Position numbers and translations under genes: made by a program. From Chlamydiota bacterium (lineage in GTDB: Bacteria > Auribacterota > JACPWU01): a DNA stretch of 32,000 nucleotides. The notes under the pieces were generated by a model that searched no databases, was not told where the DNA came from, and worked only from the letters and a program-made list of their open reading frames with translations. Below, in pieces: positions 23,598-31,745 of this stretch. The stretch is taken from assembly GCA_016196885.1 (NCBI GenBank), contig JACPWU010000021.1, positions 51,038-83,037 on the forward strand, given 5' to 3'. The number at the start of each line of letters is the position of its first letter. Position 1 is the stretch's first letter.

Positions 23598-24752
23598 CTA
23601 TAAAAATTTTTCAGTAAAAGAGGAAAAGTTCTTCAACGTTTTCACAACCTCCTCGTAGCCCCAGATCTCACAATGGGCCTTGGGATATTTTTTACTGAAA
23701 GGGAGAACACCCCGTCCTTTCGCAAGTTTAATTCCTGACTTTATCTCGAAGGCAAAAAGACCTCTCGATGTTTTTAAAACATAGTCTACTTCGTCATTGC
23801 CTTCACGCCAATAAAAGAGTTCGCTGTTGGGAATGCTTGCCAAGTGGGCCCCAACCACGGATTCAAAAACATGGCCATACCACAGCGGATCTTCGTCTAA
23901 ACGATTTTCAGATTGGTAGGCGTGGATCAGGGCTGGATTGAGGACAACGATTTTGGGGCTGGATGCCTTCGTTTGAATCGGAGTACCGCTGTATTTTTGC
24001 AGTGCTCGAATCAAAAAACTTTTTTCCAAGAGCAGCAAATAATGTTGAATGGTCGTTGCGTTGCCGCGATCTTGAAGTTGTCCCAACATCTTTTGAAGAC
24101 TGATGATTTTTGCAGGATGTTGCATGGCCAACTCAAAAGTCTGTCGAAAGAGGGCCGGTTTTTGAACAGGGTGAAGACCTAAAATATCTCGACCCAACAC
24201 AGGCTCAATAATGCTGTCCAAAATGTATTTGCGCCAGCGGGATTTGTCTTGAATAAAACCTGTAGCACCCGGATAGGCCCCAAAACGAAAATAAGTTTCG
24301 AAATTCCACCCGAAAACGCTGTGAAATTCCTCATAAGACCAATGGGGAGCTTCAATCAACTCGAAGCGTCCGGATAAGGACTCTGTTAGCCCTTTTTGAA
24401 GATAGAGACTGGAAGAACCCAGAAAGACCACTCTGAGGTCTCTTTTCCCGCGGTCCTCATCAAAAAGAATTTTGACCTGTTCGCTCCAGGACGGAATCTT
24501 CTGGATTTCATCTATGATAAGAAGGGTTCCATCTCCTCTCTGCCTGGCTTTTTCCCAAGAAAATCGAACCCAATCTGGGGTTGGAGGAGAAGGTAAATCA
24601 GCGCTAACCATGAATTTAGGTCCTGCCCATTCATCAAAAATGGCTTTTGCCATCGTTGTTTTCCCTACCTGCCTGGGGCCTAGGAGAACCTGAATCAAGG
24701 GATTTCTTTCTCTTATCCTTTCTGAAAGAGTGAGATATAATTTTGTTCTCAT
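23598..24752 (-). CDS. AAA_14/DUF4143-type ATPase with C-terminal PD-(D/E)xK-like motif
   Basis: Walker A LLGPRQVGKTT, Walker B LLIIDEIQ, and C-terminal DEVDYVLKTSRGLFAFEIKSG. Confidence 0.85.
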   Translation of the reverse strand: MRTKLYLTLSERIRERNPLIQVLLGPRQVGKTTMAKAIFDEWAGPKFMVSADLPSPPTPDWVRFSWEKARQRGDGTLLIIDEIQKIPSWSEQVKILFDEDRGKRDLRVVFLGSSSLYLQKGLTESLSGRFELIEAPHWSYEEFHSVFGWNFETYFRFGAYPGATGFIQDKSRWRKYILDSIIEPVLGRDILGLHPVQKPALFRQTFELAMQHPAKIISLQKMLGQLQDRGNATTIQHYLLLLEKSFLIRALQKYSGTPIQTKASSPKIVVLNPALIHAYQSENRLDEDPLWYGHVFESVVGAHLASIPNSELFYWREGNDEVDYVLKTSRGLFAFEIKSGIKLAKGRGVLPFSKKYPKAHCEIWGYEEVVKTLKNFSSFTEKFL

Positions 24753-24810
24753 ATGCTAATAATTCTATGAGATATATCTAACAAAGTAAATAAAATTGTT
24801 TGAACCTCAA

Positions 24811-24943
24811 TAGGCATATGCACTTGATTCCCCTAGTAGTCGCCCGATTCATCGGGCAATCCATGCAAGGGGCACAAGGCTGCCCCATAAATGGGGCGAC
24901 TACAAATTCTTGCTATCTGAGGGGAATCAAGTGCATATGCCTA
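24811..24943. repeat. Nested palindrome: 24-bp perfect outer inverted repeat enclosing REPIN-3
   Basis: taggcatatgcacttgattcccct (24811-24834) pairs with aggggaatcaagtgcatatgccta (24920-24943). The right arm overlaps the last tsaD codons. Confidence 0.8.
24836..24903. repeat. REPIN-3 (inverted relative to REPIN-1 and REPIN-2, 24-nt spacer)
   Basis: GTAGTCGCCCGATTCATCGGGC, a spacer, then the reverse complement of GTAGTCGCCCCATTTATGGGGC. Confidence 0.8.
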
Positions 24944-25956
24944 ATCTTCAATTTCGGATTCGCCTCAAGAGGCTCTCCTGGCAAACCCGCCTCAAAACGA
25001 GCCAAGCCCAGGGCTGCGATCATCGCCGCATTGTCCGTACACAGCGTCTTCGATGGCAAGGATAAATGAAACCCTTTTTTTTGGGCCAGCTCTGTCAATC
25101 GCTCCCGCAGCCTTGAATTGGCAGCTACGCCGCCCCCCATGGCCAAATTTTCCACGCCTGTTTTTTCTAAGGCTATCATACACTTTTTCGTGAGAACTTC
25201 CACCACCACCTCTTGAAAACTCGCGGCCAAATCTTCTATCCGCCCCTTTTTAAAAGGGGTAGAGCCCGTGTTGCGAGAGCCATACCCTTTCACCAAATAA
25301 AGAACGGCCGTCTTAAGCCCGCTGAAACTAAAATCCAAGGAATTTTTGGAAAGATACGGTTTGGGAAGACGAAAAACTTTCGGATTCCCTTTTTGAGCCA
25401 ACTGGTCTATCACCGGGCCTCCGGGATAGCCCAGACCCAAAAGTTTTGCGACTTTATCATAGGCCTCCCCGGCCGCATCATCAAAAGTGCATCCTAAAAT
25501 TTCATATTGTCCCAAGCCTTTGACCCATACCAATAATGTATGACCGCCCGACACAATGAGACTCACCAGAGGAAATTTTAATTCGGGGTCTTCCAGAAAA
25601 GGCGCATAAAAGTGGGCCTCCAAATGATTGACGCCGATCAAGGGCTTTTCAATCGCGTAAGAAAGTGTTTTCGCAAAGGTGACACCCATTAAAAGGGAGC
25701 CCAAAAGACCCGGCCCTACGGTCACACTGATCAAATCCACACTCGTTAAATCACATCCCGCTCGAGTGAGACTCTCTTCTATCACGGGTCCCATCATTTC
25801 GACATGCCGGCGAGAGGCCAGCTCCGGCACCACACCCCCATATTCGTGATGTAAAGCGATTTGACTGGAAATCACATTGGAAAGAATCCTGCGCGGACTT
25901 TCAAGAATACAAGCCGCTGTTTCATCGCAAGAGGTTTCTAGCCCTAATACTTTCAT
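24913..25956 (-). CDS. tsaD: tRNA N6-adenosine threonylcarbamoyltransferase TsaD
   Basis: MKVLGLETSCDETA start, HHEYGGVVPE, GVNHLEAH and full-length Kae1/TsaD similarity. Start set at ATG 25956. Confidence 0.95.
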   Translation of the reverse strand: MKVLGLETSCDETAACILESPRRILSNVISSQIALHHEYGGVVPELASRRHVEMMGPVIEESLTRAGCDLTSVDLISVTVGPGLLGSLLMGVTFAKTLSYAIEKPLIGVNHLEAHFYAPFLEDPELKFPLVSLIVSGGHTLLVWVKGLGQYEILGCTFDDAAGEAYDKVAKLLGLGYPGGPVIDQLAQKGNPKVFRLPKPYLSKNSLDFSFSGLKTAVLYLVKGYGSRNTGSTPFKKGRIEDLAASFQEVVVEVLTKKCMIALEKTGVENLAMGGGVAANSRLRERLTELAQKKGFHLSLPSKTLCTDNAAMIAALGLARFEAGLPGEPLEANPKLKIRHMHLIPLR

Positions 25957-25977
25957 GAATGAAAAGTCTACCTTGGT

Positions 25978-26067
25978 AAAATCAAAAATCAAAATGACAA
26001 ATCAAAATTAAAAATGAGGCAGGGTATTATTTTTAATATTTGCATTGTCATTTTGATTTTTGATCTT
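25978..26067. repeat. Long hairpin with tandem 7-nt arms (AAAATCA units) spanning the ctpA stop
   Basis: 18-bp perfect pairing, 25981-25998 with 26047-26064, plus ttaaaaat/atttttaa nearer the loop. Confidence 0.8.
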
Positions 26068-27265
26068 TGATCTTTGATTTTAAAACATCCATGGCCGCTT
26101 GAAGCTGACGATCCGGAAAAACAGATTTCTTTTTGCCCGCTTTGTTCTCCTCGCGCCTTTGTTCCTTCATCTTCTTTCTCTCCTCGCGAGGGATGTCAAC
26201 TTCTATGTCCGGTTGAATGCCTGTTCCTTGAATGGATCGGCCTTTCGGAGTAAAGTATTTAGACGTGGTTAATTTCAAGGCCGAGCCATCTTTCAAAGGA
26301 ATAACGCTCTGAACAGATCCTTTCCCAAAGGTTTTTTTACCCACAATTTTTCCTCTTCCCAAATCTTGAATCGCCCCCGCCACAATTTCAGAAGCACTGG
26401 CGCTCCCTCGATTCACCAAAATCACAAGCGGCACATCGCTCACCGGTCCACGCTTCGCTTCAAAGCTCAAATTCTGACTGGGCTTTCGTCCTCTCGTTTC
26501 CACAATCAAGGAACCCCTTTTCACAAAAAGCTCTGTCACTTCCACCGCCGATTGCAAAAGGCCGCCAGGGTTATTGCGAAGGTCCAGAATCAATCCTCTC
26601 CATTCTCCCTGAGCCTGGGAATCCTTCATCACCTTCTCCAAATCCTGAGCCGTATGTTCTTGAAATTCAGAAATGCGCACATAACCAATGCTGTCTTCCA
26701 TCATTTCAAAAGCTGAAATGCTCTTAATTTGAATCACGGCCCTTTCAATGGTAAATTCCAAAAGTTTCTTTCCCTCCCTCATAATAGAAAGTTTCACACG
26801 GCTTCCCACTCGGCCTCTCAAGCGCTTAACCGCCTCCTCCAGATTCAAATCTTTAATCGCCTTATCATCAATCCTAACAATGCGATCGCCCGATAAAATC
26901 CCAGCGGTCCAGGCGGGGGTCCCTTCCATCGCCGCAATGACGGTGAGAAAATCGTCCTTCATCGTAATCTCAACGCCCAGCCCTCCGAACTGGCCCTCCG
27001 TCTCCACTTGAATCTCCCGATACGCCTCGGGATCTAAAAACTGGCTGTGCGGATCCAAAGACCTCAACATCCCTTTCAAAGCCCCATAAATCAGCTTCTG
27101 CGGCTCCACCTCATCCACATAGTCCCGCTGGACCAAGGCCAAGCCATTCGCAAAAAGATCCAGATTGTCATAAATATCTTTGGACGCCACTTGCTGACTG
27201 TTCTTGGCCCAAGCTAGGACAAGAATCGCCGCACCCAGGAGGCTCATCCACTTCATGTATTTCAT
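26048..27265 (-). CDS. ctpA: Carboxy-terminal processing protease (S41 family)
   Basis: Signal peptide, PDZ segment (GLGVEITMKDD...GDRIVRIDD), and catalytic region RGSASASEIVAGA...TFGKGSVQ. Confidence 0.9.
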   Translation of the reverse strand: MKYMKWMSLLGAAILVLAWAKNSQQVASKDIYDNLDLFANGLALVQRDYVDEVEPQKLIYGALKGMLRSLDPHSQFLDPEAYREIQVETEGQFGGLGVEITMKDDFLTVIAAMEGTPAWTAGILSGDRIVRIDDKAIKDLNLEEAVKRLRGRVGSRVKLSIMREGKKLLEFTIERAVIQIKSISAFEMMEDSIGYVRISEFQEHTAQDLEKVMKDSQAQGEWRGLILDLRNNPGGLLQSAVEVTELFVKRGSLIVETRGRKPSQNLSFEAKRGPVSDVPLVILVNRGSASASEIVAGAIQDLGRGKIVGKKTFGKGSVQSVIPLKDGSALKLTTSKYFTPKGRSIQGTGIQPDIEVDIPREERKKMKEQRREENKAGKKKSVFPDRQLQAAMDVLKSKIKDQKSK

Positions 27266-27285
27266 TTTATCTCTCCGCTCAAAAC

Positions 27286-27360
27286 GGTCGTGAGTCGTGA
27301 GGGGTGAGTCGTGAGTAAAAAATAATACATTTAAAACTCATCCCTCACGACTCACGACTG
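27286..27360. repeat. Hairpin with tandem 7-nt arms (GTCGTGA units)
   Basis: gtcgtgagtcgtgaggggtgagt (27287-27309) pairs with actcatccctcacgactcacgac (27336-27358): 23 bp with 1 mismatch. Confidence 0.8.
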
Positions 27361-27371
27361 TTTTTTCAGAT

Positions 27372-28313
27372 TTACACACTACTCAACTCTCTCTTAAAAT
27401 ACTCTATCGTCTTTGAAAGACCTTCTTCTAAACCCACCTCCGGTTTCCATCCCAAAAGGGTCGTGGCTTTTTGAATATCCGGTTGACGCACATGAGGATC
27501 GTCTTTCGGCAAAGGCTCAAAAACAATTGGACTCTGGCTTTTTAACAATTTCTTGATCAAATGAGCAAAATCTAAAACCGTCATCTCGTTGGGATTTCCA
27601 ATGTTGACAGGCTCATTTAAAGAAGAAAAGGCCAGCGCATAAATACCCCGAATCAAATCCAAAACATAACAAAAACTCCGTGTTTGCTGACCCTCTCCAT
27701 ATACCGTGAGAGGCTTATTCTGAAGAGCCTGACCAATAAAATTAGGAACCACACGGCCATCTCTTAAACGCATGCGAGGGCCAAAGGTGTTAAAAATTCG
27801 CACAATCTTTACATCCAGGCCATGGGTGCGATGATAGGCCATCGCCATCGCCTCTGCAAAACGCTTCGCTTCATCATAAACTCCCCGCGGGCCCACCGGA
27901 TTCACATTTCCCCAGTAATCTTCCTTTTGGGGATGGACCAAGGGATCCCCATAAACTTCCGAAGTTGAAGCGAGAATAAAGGCGGCTCCCTTGGCTTTCG
28001 CCAACCCTAAGGTTTTATGCGTTCCCAAAGCGCCGACTTTCAGAGTTTGAATGGGGTATTCTAAATAATCGCGCGGGCTGGCCGGAGAGGCAAAATGAAA
28101 AACGATGTCTATTTTACCCTCCACAAAAATATATTCCGTCACGTCGTGCTTATAAAACTTAAAGCGCTCATGTCCCAGCAAATGCTCAATGTTGCGGGTA
28201 CTTCCGGTGAGCAAATTATCCAGACAAATCACTCGGTGCCCCTTTTCAATCAGAAAATCACAAAGATGCGACGCTAAAAATCCAGCCCCGCCCGTCACCA
28301 AACATGTTTTCAT
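27372..28313 (-). CDS. UDP-glucuronate decarboxylase (UDP-xylose synthase), SDR family
   Basis: [12 protein letters not shown] Rossmann motif and YDEAKRFAE catalytic YxxxK followed by [10 protein letters not shown], characteristic of UXS enzymes. Confidence 0.85.
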   Translation of the reverse strand: MKTCLVTGGAGFLASHLCDFLIEKGHRVICLDNLLTGSTRNIEHLLGHERFKFYKHDVTEYIFVEGKIDIVFHFASPASPRDYLEYPIQTLKVGALGTHKTLGLAKAKGAAFILASTSEVYGDPLVHPQKEDYWGNVNPVGPRGVYDEAKRFAEAMAMAYHRTHGLDVKIVRIFNTFGPRMRLRDGRVVPNFIGQALQNKPLTVYGEGQQTRSFCYVLDLIRGIYALAFSSLNEPVNIGNPNEMTVLDFAHLIKKLLKSQSPIVFEPLPKDDPHVRQPDIQKATTLLGWKPEVGLEEGLSKTIEYFKRELSSV

Positions 28314-28339
28314 AAAAGCCTTTCAGTAAAAAGACAGGA

Positions 28340-28374
28340 TTCTGAATTCTGACTCCTGAATTCTAAGTTCTGTA
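28340..28374. repeat. Tandem 7-nt units TTCTGAA/TTCTGAC/TCCTGAA/TTCTAAG/TTCTGTA in a divergent intergenic region
   Basis: Same unit family as 3801-3828. Confidence 0.65.
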
Positions 28375-28390
28375 TTATAATCGATCTTTG

Positions 28391-28771
28391 ATGACTGAAA
28401 AAGGAATTGTTCTATCTTTTGACCCAAGCTTGATGAAGGCATGCATCCGTGTGAAGAATGAACGCAAGAACTTTCATCACGGGGAAGTGCTTCCCCTGGA
28501 GGCCTTGACTCAAAGACCTCTTGATTCTGGAAGCGAAGTTGAAATCCTCTTAAATCCCTTGCGGCCTTTTAAAGCGCGGCCCACTCGACTCTGGATCAGT
28601 TTTTCCCTTCTTCTCCTTGGAGCTTTTTTCAAAGTCATGTACATAGGTTTTCTCGTGGGCACTTTCTTGCTCGTCGCATCTTTTTTCAAAAGAAGACCCT
28701 CTAGCAAGTCTTTCATTCCTCTGGTTCTGCCGCTTTTCGAAGAGCTAAACAAACGAAGAAGAAATAAATGA
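28391..28771 (+). CDS. Hypothetical small membrane protein
   Basis: 126-aa ORF from ATG 28391 with a soluble N-terminal half and two hydrophobic segments (LWISFSLLLLGAFF, IGFLVGTFLLVASFF). I recognise no family. Confidence 0.45.
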   Translation: MTEKGIVLSFDPSLMKACIRVKNERKNFHHGEVLPLEALTQRPLDSGSEVEILLNPLRPFKARPTRLWISFSLLLLGAFFKVMYIGFLVGTFLLVASFFKRRPSSKSFIPLVLPLFEELNKRRRNK

Positions 28772-28775
28772 CAGA

Positions 28776-29181
28776 TTATGAATACTCACAGCCGATATTT
28801 TTTTCCAGAGGATAAGTCTCCTTCCCAGGATAGACAATCCAAATGTGCTCGAGGGTAAGTTCTTCAATCGCTGATTTCATGGACTTGGTGACCTTTGGGG
28901 TATCTGAATATTTTATTTCAATACCGAAGGGCTTTCCATTTTTGAAAAACAGAAGATCCAATTCTGCTCCCGTATGAAGGGCCCAGAAAAAAAGTTCTTC
29001 TTCTCTCAAACGAAGGAGCCTCGCGACCTCTTCCATGGCAAAACCTTCCCAGGAGGCGCCCAGTTTTGGATGATTGAGAAGATCATTCAAACAAGCGACT
29101 CCGAACCTTGTGAAACAAGATGACGGAAGGCGCTTCCCAGAATAAAATATTTTGTGGAATTATGGGCGTCTGCAAGCACTC
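28776..29181 (-). pseudogene. 5'-truncated, frameshifted remnant of a DUF4143-type ATPase
   Basis: C-terminal part LNHPKLGASWEGF...AELDLLFFKNGKPFGIEIKYS is paralogous to 23598-24752. The preceding segment NSTKYFILGSAFRHLV lies in a different frame. No Walker-A region is present upstream, where repeat copy B and suhB lie. Confidence 0.7.
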
Positions 29182-29367
29182 TTAACCCGCATTTCTCATC
29201 AGATTTCGTCACGAGTCCGCCTAAGGCGGATTGGATGCGAGGAAGACGCTCCGCGCCATGCGAGGCATACTTTGAAGTATTGTTGAGCGTGGCCGACCTC
29301 TCTTGCGACGCCAGACGAGGCAGAATCGGAGAAGAGCAGCAGAAATCTGATGAGAAATGCGGGCTAG
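29182..29367. repeat. Copy B of the roughly 180-nt structured repeat (intact 22-bp closing stem)
   Basis: cccgcatttctcatcagatttc (29186-29207) is perfectly complementary to gaaatctgatgagaaatgcggg (29342-29363). Internal hairpin gagtccgcc-taa-ggcggatt, and gccatgc/gcgtggc pairing. Confidence 0.7.
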
Positions 29368-29454
29368 CATGAAACCAAAAACATAATGGACCCCAAAAAT
29401 CGGGTTTGGTGATAGAATGCAAGACCATTGGAGAAAAGATCAAAACCCACAAGC

Positions 29455-30270
29455 ATGAAAACATCCACCACCCCAGAATTCCCTTCCCTACCCTTTCTTG
29501 AAAATATAGCGCTCGCAGCAGGACGTTTCTTGATTCAACGTCTCTCAAAACTTAAGAAAACACACATCTTTCCCAAGGAAAAAAACGACTACGTCACCGA
29601 AGTGGATCAATTGTCCGAACAAATGATTATTCGAAAAATCAAAGAAAAATATCCGGGCCATGAAATTCTTGCGGAAGAATCAGGGCATTCTGGAAAAATA
29701 GACTCGGAAAAACCTTTGTGGATTATTGACCCTTTAGATGGGACAACGAATTTCATTCACGGTCTACCCATTTTTGCTGTTTCCATTGCGCTTCAAGTCA
29801 AAGGCCAAATTGTTCTGGGCGTTGTTTATGATCCCAATAGAAATGAACTGTTCAGCGCAGCTTATCAAAAAGGGGCCTTTCTCAATCGAAAGAAAATCCG
29901 CGTTCCCGGCATGAAAAAATTACCAGAAACTTTACTCGCCACAGGTTTCCCTTTTCGTTCCAAAAAGAATTTAGAGGCTTATTTAAAAATTTTTCGCAGT
30001 CTTTGCCCAAAAGTCAGTGGCATTCGAAGAGGAGGTTCCGCAGCCCTTGACCTTGCGTATGTCGCGTGTGGAAGATTCGATGGCTTTTGGGAATTTGATC
30101 TAAAGCCTTGGGACATTGCAGCCGGTTGGTTAATCATCGAAGAAGCGGGGGGATGTGTTTCTGATTTTAGAGGACAGGGATTCTCGCTCGGATTTCAAAA
30201 CGTGGCAGCAGGGAACCCTTTTATTTATCAGATGTTGAGAAGGGAAACTAAGAGATTCACACTGCCATGA
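29455..30270 (+). CDS. suhB: Inositol monophosphatase family protein (SuhB-like)
   Basis: WIIDPLDGTTNFIHG and WDIAAG motifs. The track ORF starts at TTG 29428; the first ATG is 29455. Confidence 0.9.
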   Translation: MKTSTTPEFPSLPFLENIALAAGRFLIQRLSKLKKTHIFPKEKNDYVTEVDQLSEQMIIRKIKEKYPGHEILAEESGHSGKIDSEKPLWIIDPLDGTTNFIHGLPIFAVSIALQVKGQIVLGVVYDPNRNELFSAAYQKGAFLNRKKIRVPGMKKLPETLLATGFPFRSKKNLEAYLKIFRSLCPKVSGIRRGGSAALDLAYVACGRFDGFWEFDLKPWDIAAGWLIIEEAGGCVSDFRGQGFSLGFQNVAAGNPFIYQMLRRETKRFTLP

Positions 30271-30504
30271 CTCCCCAAGCCAGATCATTTAGCTTCCGCT
30301 TCGAGCAGCGTCGAGAAACCGAAGAATCATTTCAGCTGCAAGTTGATTGCCTGTATGACTATGACTATGGTATCATCTATGAAAACGGGATGCAAGGAAA
30401 AAATGGAGCGCCATCCCTGAATAAATCTACGGAAGTTTTTCCATTACCGACCTCTTTTCGTTTTTTGCATTTTTATTTTTTGTCTTTTCGTTTGTTTTGA
30501 GTTT

Positions 30505-31745
30505 ACCCCAGTCATCTATGCATGAGTGCTTATTCAAGCCTCATATATTATCGTACGGGGGCAGTTCCCTAATCAAATCGCAGAATCGTGAAGGCGCAAT
30601 TTATGCTGCCAACCGACTAGACCCCTTCGAGGGTAAAGACCTGAGTAAGAATTCCTGATATGGCTTTTCATTTTTCATTACGCCGAACACAACCTCCGCA
30701 ATTTTACGCGCAGTCGCAATTCTGGCGCGATCCCATCCTGCCTTTTCTTTGATTCGTTCATAGTACTGGCTGAAATAAGGGGAAGTGGCCGGCGCTCTTT
30801 GAGCCGCCTCCACAAACGCCCATCGCAGCCATTTATTGCCTTGTTTGGTAATACCTCCATGGCGTGTTTTCCCGCCCGAGGAAAAAGTGCTTGGAGCCAA
30901 ACCCGCATAGCCCACCAACTTTTTTGCTGAAGCAAATCTATCGATTTCATCAATCTCATAACGAATTAATATTGCAAACGTATCACCAATTCCTGGAATG
31001 CTTTTTAGAATTCTACAAATAGAATCTTCCTTGACATGATTCCGAGTCCATAGATTGGCTCTCAGAATTTCCTTGTGAAGGTGTTCTAGTATTCCCAGCC
31101 ATGATTTGAGTATTTCTGTGTCGTCTCCGGGCAGAACAACTTTAGTCAGAAGTTCCAATCCCTGCTTCCCAAAAATATCCGATAATTGGGCAAGCGTTTC
31201 TTTTTCTAAAAATACATGCTGATCCAGGAGCGCGTGAATCTTGTTTTTGATTTGTGTGCTTAGGGCTGTCAAGGCTGCTCGATATCTCAAATAACTCTTA
31301 ACCTGTCTTGTCTCCTTTCCAGGAATATAAGACAAAGGCAGAAAGTTGGTTCTGAGTAAATCCGCCAGTGCTTTGGCATCAATGTGATCCGTTTTGATTC
31401 TTGCCTCTGCGATGAGCTTTGTTTTCAGGGGATGCGCTAGAGAAATTTCATCGGCAACTTCTCCCAAAATGTCCATGTAGTATCCCCAGTTATAGCAGGC
31501 TTCCATGGCGATGTGACATGGCTCATTAACCTTTTCAAAATAATTTTTAAGAGCCTGTGGGTTGCTGTCTATTTTCGCCCGATCGATCATTTTCCCTTCC
31601 TTATCCATCACCGCGCTGATACAATATTTCTTGTGGATGTCGAGTCCAACGTAGTACATAAGCGCCTCCTTTTGGTTGATGTTTTCTAACACCATTCATC
31701 ATATCAGGGTGGCGCTTATTTTTTCATGGTATCAAATCTCCTGTT
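30505..31745 (-). mobile_element. IS110-family insertion sequence (ends not resolved)
   Basis: Single transposase ORF. The left flank is limited to at most 88 bp by the neighbouring stop codon at 31748. The right boundary was chosen where T-rich native-looking repeats end. The coordinates are approximate. Confidence 0.5.
30601..31659 (-). CDS. IS110-family (DEDD) transposase/recombinase
   Basis: MYYVGLDIHKK N-terminal DEDD motif and C-terminal GLAPSTFSSGGKTRHGGITKQGNKWLR. AGGAGG lies 5 nt upstream of ATG 31659, so the track start 31695 is unlikely. Confidence 0.9.
   Translation of the reverse strand: MYYVGLDIHKKYCISAVMDKEGKMIDRAKIDSNPQALKNYFEKVNEPCHIAMEACYNWGYYMDILGEVADEISLAHPLKTKLIAEARIKTDHIDAKALADLLRTNFLPLSYIPGKETRQVKSYLRYRAALTALSTQIKNKIHALLDQHVFLEKETLAQLSDIFGKQGLELLTKVVLPGDDTEILKSWLGILEHLHKEILRANLWTRNHVKEDSICRILKSIPGIGDTFAILIRYEIDEIDRFASAKKLVGYAGLAPSTFSSGGKTRHGGITKQGNKWLRWAFVEAAQRAPATSPYFSQYYERIKEKAGWDRARIATARKIAEVVFGVMKNEKPYQEFLLRSLPSKGSSRLAA

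Noticed and set aside
29342-29363. CUGAUGAG in the closing stem of the structured repeat looked like a hammerhead ribozyme core.
   Set aside because: No properly placed stem II followed by GAAA, and no cleavage-site helix, can be drawn on either strand. The motif is simply one side of the 22-bp inverted repeat (ctcatcag/ctgatgag).
30267-30500. 77-aa ORF overlapping the suhB stop as ATGA.
   Set aside because: Its C-terminal third is translated from T-rich low-complexity repeat DNA (FRFLHFYFLSFRLF). It has no recognisable domain. The ATGA overlap alone is weak evidence.
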